Assembly (NCBI RefSeq): GCF_018420025.1
Contig: NZ_JAEDAM010000028.1
Coordinates: 1-12,337, forward strand
Source of the DNA: Candidatus Vampirococcus lugosii
Lineage (GTDB): Bacteria > Patescibacteriota > Gracilibacteria > Absconditabacterales > Absconditicoccaceae
DNA: 12,337 nucleotides
Direction of reading: 5' to 3'
Shown here: in pieces, positions 7,604-12,337 of the stretch
Position numbering within the stretch: position 1 is the stretch's first letter
How the letters are laid out: each line of letters starts with the position of its first letter
Program-made: the position numbers and the translations under genes
The notes under the pieces: generated by a model
What the model saw: the letters and a program-made list of their open reading frames with translations, nothing else
Database searches by the model: none
What the model was told of the DNA's origin: nothing

Positions 7604-9724
7604 ATGATAAATAATGATATAGAAGAATTAACACAAAAATTTCTTAATTGCGATTATATAGAAAATACATTTGATTATTATCAAAATTTGATAGAAGTTT
7701 TAATTTATCACAATAATCTTTATTATATTTACAATACTCCTAGTATTTCTGATTATCAATATGATTTACTTTTTGATTTATTAAAAAAAATTGAAAAAGA
7801 AAATCAAGATATTATTTCTCCAAATAGTCCTACACAAAGATTAGTAGGTCAAATACAAAATTCTTACAAAACATATAATCATGATTTTCCTATGCTTAGT
7901 TTGGAAAATGCTTATGACACAAAAGATTTATTTGAAAAAGATAAGTTTATAAAAAAAAGGTTAAATACTGAATTTAATTATAGTTTGGAACCAAAATTTG
8001 ACGGAAGTAGTGTAGAATTAATATACAAAAATTGAGTATTTGAAAAAGCTATAACTAGATGAGATTGATTTGTATGAGAAGATATTACTGAAAACATAAA
8101 AGTTATAGAAACTGTTCCATTATATTTAAAAAATGCTAAAAATATTTCTTATATAATATTAAGATGAGAAATAGTAATGCCAAAATCTTCTTTCAATAAA
8201 TTAAATAAAAAAAGAGAAAAAGAATGAAAATCACTTTTTGCAAATCCTAGAAATGCTGCTACTTGAACTTTGAGACAACTTGATCCACAAGTTGTAGCAG
8301 ATAGAAAACTTGTATGTTTTATTTATGAACTTACTTATATTTCTTCAGAAATTATTTTTGATAAAATTAAAACACAAAAAGATATTTTCATTTTTTTAAA
8401 AAATTTATGATTTACAGTTTATGATTGGTTAAAAATTACTGATAATATTCAAGATTTAGTTAATATTTGTCAAGATATTAAAACTAAAAATTATTTTGAA
8501 AATCAAAATATAGAATTTGATGGTATTGTAATAAAAGTAAATCAAATAAATTTTCGCAAAAAATTATGAGAAACTAATCATCATCCTAGATGGGCAATAG
8601 CTTATAAATTTCCAGCAAAACAAATTGTTACTAAAATTTTGGATGTAGAATTAAATGTTTCTCGTAGTGCAAGTATTAATCCTGTTGCGATTTTGCAAAC
8701 AGTAAATTTATCGGGAGTTAATATTTCCAGAGTAAGTTTACATAATTGGGATTTTATTTCTCAAAAAGATATAAAAATATGAGATAATGTTTGGATACAA
8801 AGAAGTTGAGAAGTAATTCCATACATTGTATGAGTAATTAAAGAAAAAAGAGATTGAAATGAAAAAGAAATTTTAGCACCAAATTTATGTCCTATTTGTG
8901 ATAGTAAAATTATCAAAGTTGATACTGATGTTAATTATTATTGTAGTAATATTAATTGTCCTTCTGTTATCAAAGAAAAAATAGTGCATTTTGTTAGCAA
9001 AAATTGTTTAGATATAGATGGTATATGAGAAAAATTGATTTATATGTTAGTTGATAATTGATTTATAAAACATTATGCAGATTTATATTATCTTAAAGAT
9101 AAAATAAATTACTTGAAATCTTTACCACTTCTATGAGAAAAAAGAATTAATGATATTTTGGAAAAAATAGAAAATAGTAAAAAAACTTTTTTACGAAGAT
9201 TTATAAATTGATTATGAATAAAATTTGTTGGTAAAAAAACTTCAAAAATATTAGAAAATAGTATTTATGAAGATTTAAAATATAACAATATTGATATTTC
9301 AAAATTTAATCATCAAAAATTAATAAAATATCTTACTGATCAAACTTTTTTATCTAATATTCATTGAATAGGTGATAAAATAATTTTTAGTCTAAAACAA
9401 ACTTTTGAAAATCAAGAAAATTTACAAATTTTGTATGAATTAGAAAAAGTTTGAGTTGTTTTAAATAATTTTTATAATCAAAAATCAATTTTGGATTCCA
9501 AATTATCTTGAATTAAATTTTGTATTACTTGAAGTTTTGATATAAAAAGAGATGAAATAATAAAAATCTTGGAAAATAACGGAGCTGAATTTTTGTCTCA
9601 AGTAAGTTCCAAATTAGATTTTTTGATTGTATGAAAATGATGATGATCAAAATTACAAAAAGCTAAAAAAGAATGAATAAAAACAATTTCATTGGATGAT
9701 TTGTATACTAAATACAATTTATAA
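7604..9724 (+). CDS. ligA: NAD-dependent DNA ligase LigA, 706 aa, all domains present
   Basis: The frame runs from ATG 7604 to TAA 9722-9724. I split every codon from 8033 to 9724 by hand and found no in-frame TAA/TAG. There are 27 in-frame TAG-free TGA codons and 8 GGN glycine codons. The domain Ia sequence is ISDYQYDLL. The adenylation motif is EPKFDGSSVELIYKNG, followed by TRGDGFVGEDITEN (TGA at 8060, 8066 and 8075) and FANPRNAATGTLRQLD. Also present are PRWAIAYKFPAK, the Zn finger CPICDS...YYCSNINCP, the HhH region FINGLGIKFVG and HGIGDK, and the BRCT motif FCITGSF...FLIVGKGGGSKLQKAKK. The track ORF 7604-8035 is only the segment before the first TGA. Confidence 0.96.
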
Positions 9725-9734
9725 CAAATGTTTT

Positions 9735-11186
9735 TTAATTTAATTTAGATAGAAAAATTTTTTCTAATTCTCACATATTTATAACAAAACCATCAGGCAT
9801 ATAATTTGGTAAATCTAAATAATTCATACTCCAAGAATTTTTGGAAATACTATTTTCTCTAAAATAGTTTAAATTTAATAAGACATAATCTTTCAAAATT
9901 TCTTGAAATAAAAAATGTTTTTGTGATTTATTTAGATTTATTTTTTTATTCAAATTGTGTTTTATATAAATTTTTTCCAATAAATTATATATATAAACTC
10001 ATTTAGATATTTTTTCTTCTTTTCATTGAAAATAAAATATATCTTTTTTTTCTTCAAATATTTCTTCTGAAACAGAATGTTTTTTTTCATCAGAATTCAA
10101 TTTTTCACATACACTAGATTTATCTGTTTCAATATCTTGAGTATCTTGAATATTTTCAGAATGATTTATATTATTATATTCATAATAAGTTTTATTATAT
10201 AAATAATTATGTCAAACTTTATCAAAAAGATCCGTTTCTTTATCAGGCATTCAACTTATAGAATCTGCTTTATTTGAAACTCATCATAAAACATCAGCAG
10301 TATTTACTGCAGTCATTAAATTTATAAATTCATTAAACTTTTCATATCAAGATTTGTATGCATCAAAATTTGTCAAAAAAAATGAACCTCATAAAAATGC
10401 AAAAAAAGAAAATGAAGCCAAAATATTAAAACCTATATCAAAATTTACTTTGTAAACAGTTTTGGAATGTATATCCTTTACTATTTTGTATATAAATCAA
10501 AAAATCAATAACAAAAAAGAAATAAAAACTCATAAAGGTAAAAATATTGAAAAAATTAATAAAAATATTGGAAAAGTTATAAACCAAAATCACCAAATTT
10601 TTAATAGATCAAAAGTTTTTCATCTTTTGAAAGTTTCTAACTTATTAAAAAATTCAAAAAAATAAATATATTGATTATAATTTTGTGCTACTAAAAAAAG
10701 CATAAAAAATTTTATTTTTTTCCAAGTAATATTATCTACTTCAATTTTCAATTCTTTGACCAAAAAAGATATAAAAAAAGGTTCCCAAATATATTTGAAT
10801 GAATAATTATTATATTTTATCAAAAAAGATTTTATATAATGAATAACATTATTATCTTTAATAAGATTTACTTCACTATTATAATCTTTTAGTTCAAAAG
10901 AAATTTTGTTAAAATCTTTTATATTTCCAAAAAATTTATCTGCAAAATATCAATAAAAAATATTATTTGGTATTTCTTTATCTTTATATATTGTAGAAAT
11001 AATTTTACTTTTATTTTTATTTTCCAAATCTAAATTTCCCAAGGATTCAAAAAAATATTCAAAATTAGAACTTATCATTTCTTTATTTTGAAATATATTT
11101 TTTCGTAAAACAAAAGAATTCTTTGAACTTAAAATATGTTCAAAAGTATCCTTATCACATATATGATCTGAATAATTTTTATTCAT
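9735..11186 (-). CDS. Hypothetical membrane protein, 483 aa, no family recognised
   Basis: The frame runs from ATG 11186-11184 (in-frame TAA immediately upstream at 11192-11190) to TAA 9737-9735. I followed it codon by codon. It joins three track fragments (10950-11186, 10620-10823, 9771-9980) that share one frame and are separated only by TGA codons. The central hydrophobic block is KIWGFWFITFPIFLLIFSIFLPLGVFISFLLLIFGFIY followed by FNILASFSFFAFLGGSFFL, which suggests about 3 TM helices. Soluble Asn/Lys-rich domains flank it. Confidence 0.7.
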
Positions 11187-11224
11187 TTTTTATTTTTATT
11201 TTTAATACTATTTAAAATTAATAT

Positions 11225-11253
11225 ATTATATATATTTATTGACATAAAGTCAA
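11225..11253 (-). promoter_or_regulatory. Candidate promoter for the 483-aa membrane-protein gene (TTGACT-N17-TATAAT, minus strand)
   Basis: The plus strand reads attata at 11225-11230 and agtcaa at 11248-11253 with a 17-nt spacer. The predicted transcription start is about 30 nt upstream of the ATG at 11186. Confidence 0.4.
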
Positions 11254-11372
11254 AAAATATAGCATATTTTATAAAAAATAAAAATATAATATCTAAACAA
11301 TCCCCAAAAATTAATTATATTTACTATAAATAAACACTAATTTTATATTGACAAAAAATAATTCTAATTTTA

Positions 11373-11400
11373 TTGACAAATAAACAATAAATATTATAAT
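11373..11400 (+). promoter_or_regulatory. Consensus sigma70-type promoter for the secreted-protein gene (TTGACA-N16-TATAAT)
   Basis: TTGACA lies at 11373-11378 and TATAAT at 11395-11400, and both hexamers are perfect. The ATG is at 11437, giving a leader of about 30 nt. Confidence 0.45.
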
Positions 11401-11436
11401 TGATTTGTTTAATATTTTATATATTAAAACATAATA

Positions 11437-12337
11437 ATGAAAAAATTATTAATTATATTATTAAGTATATTATTTATTCATTGAATATGAAATGCTTTAT
11501 TTTATATAAAATTACCTTTTAGTAATCCTTTTAGAGATCGTTTGCATCAAGTTCATTTTACTCAAGATAATGAATTTATGTGATATGTTTTGTTGCTTAA
11601 TTATGAAGCAATTAATAATACTAAAAAAATAAAATTAGGAACAAAAGATAGAGATTGCAATAAACAATTAAGATGATTTTATTTTAATCCTATGAGATGA
11701 AATAATGTATATCCTATAGATGAAAAAACATTTAATGCTTGGAAAAATATTAATAACACTAATAATAATGTTTTTATAAATTATTTTACTTGATGATTAT
11801 ATACTGAATGTAATGAAAATCCACATAGTATACATTGACAAATAAAATATAAATATAAAGATATTAGTGAAGATAACTATTTTACTTTGACTGCTGGATT
11901 TGGAAAATATTCAAATATATATGATATAAATTTAACAGAATTTCAACATAATTTTCAAGTAGAAAATCATACTAACTGAAATTTGCCTATATGATTAATT
12001 TATGATAGTACTTATTGAGCTTGATTTGTATGATGAAAGGTAGATGGTGATATAGAAGAATTTATAACTTATGATTTTACAGGTAATAAAAGTATAAATA
12101 GTGAAATATCTTCTTTTACTTGAGGTAATATAACATTTACTTGATTACCTACTATTATTAGAAATAATAGTTCAATATCTCAAACTAGATTGGAAAATAT
12201 TTTGTGAATCTCTTGAATTTTTTCAAGATGAATTCAATATGATGATGATTTAGATTGAATTGAAGAGCAAGCAGTTACAAATTTATCTACTACACAAACT
12301 TATCAAGTATGAGATAAATGATTATGAATTTGAGATG
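11437..12337 (+). CDS. Hypothetical secreted or surface protein with an N-terminal signal peptide; 5' partial, continues beyond the window
   Basis: The frame opens at ATG 11437 and stays open with TGA=Gly for 300 codons to the window edge. The frame was verified at 11821 and 12301. The N-terminus MKKLLIILLSILFIHGIGNA has a basic, hydrophobic and small-residue layout with no lipobox Cys. The rest is Asn/Gly/Thr-rich with no domain I recognise. Confidence 0.7.

Noticed and set aside
9751-9765. Palindrome agaaaaa-t-tttttct near the ligA/hypothetical-gene junction, considered as a bidirectional terminator.
   Set aside because: It has no loop (a single central nucleotide) and only A:T pairs apart from one G:C. 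It lies inside the 3' end of the minus-strand CDS, so it is not a credible hairpin terminator.
10462-10665. Track ORF on the plus strand (67 aa, Lys/Asn-rich).
   Set aside because: It is antisense to the TM-helix block of the 483-aa membrane protein. The poly-Lys/Asn composition is simply the complement of Phe/Ile/Leu codons.
11437-12337. Many N-x-S/T sequons (NNT, NLT, NHT, NKS, NIT, NSS, NLS) in the secreted protein, considered as evidence of an N-glycosylation system.
   Set aside because: Asn, Ser and Thr are heavily over-represented in this AT-biased proteome, so sequons are expected by chance. No oligosaccharyltransferase or glycosylation genes are in the window.

Overview
This very AT-rich window only makes sense if TGA is read as glycine. 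That is NCBI translation table 25, known from Absconditabacteria/SR1 and Gracilibacteria in the Candidate Phyla Radiation. The supplied six-frame track appears to use the standard code, so it shows only gene fragments plus several spurious antisense or out-of-frame ORFs. I re-translated by hand with TGA=Gly and TAA/TAG as the only stops; all CDS coordinates include the stop codon. This gives a compact layout of 14 complete CDS, one partial CDS and one tRNA. In order: DEAD-box RNA helicase (11-1606, -); DUF4870-like membrane protein (1905-2270, +); peptide deformylase (2350-2886, -); tRNA-Lys(UUU) (3097-3169, -); a co-directional run of bL28, bL25/Ctc, bL19, a 44-aa basic ORF, a bS20-like ORF, uS7 and uS12 (3247-5894, -); thioredoxin (6193-6522, +); a CaCA-type membrane protein (6640-7500, +); and NAD-dependent DNA ligase LigA (7604-9724, +). 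Two ORFs with no family I can recognise follow, diverging from near-consensus promoters: a 483-aa membrane protein (9735-11186, -) and a signal-peptide protein that runs off the window end (11437 to >12337, +). The main finding is the UGA-to-Gly recoding. Secondary observations are start sites with no Shine-Dalgarno sequence and recurrent AT-only leader motifs, an unusual ribosomal-protein cluster, a 14-residue insertion in uS12, rare CGA codons of uncertain meaning, AT palindromes and tandem repeats in intergenic DNA, and the orphan membrane/secreted gene pair. I saw no CRISPR array, transposase or integrase.
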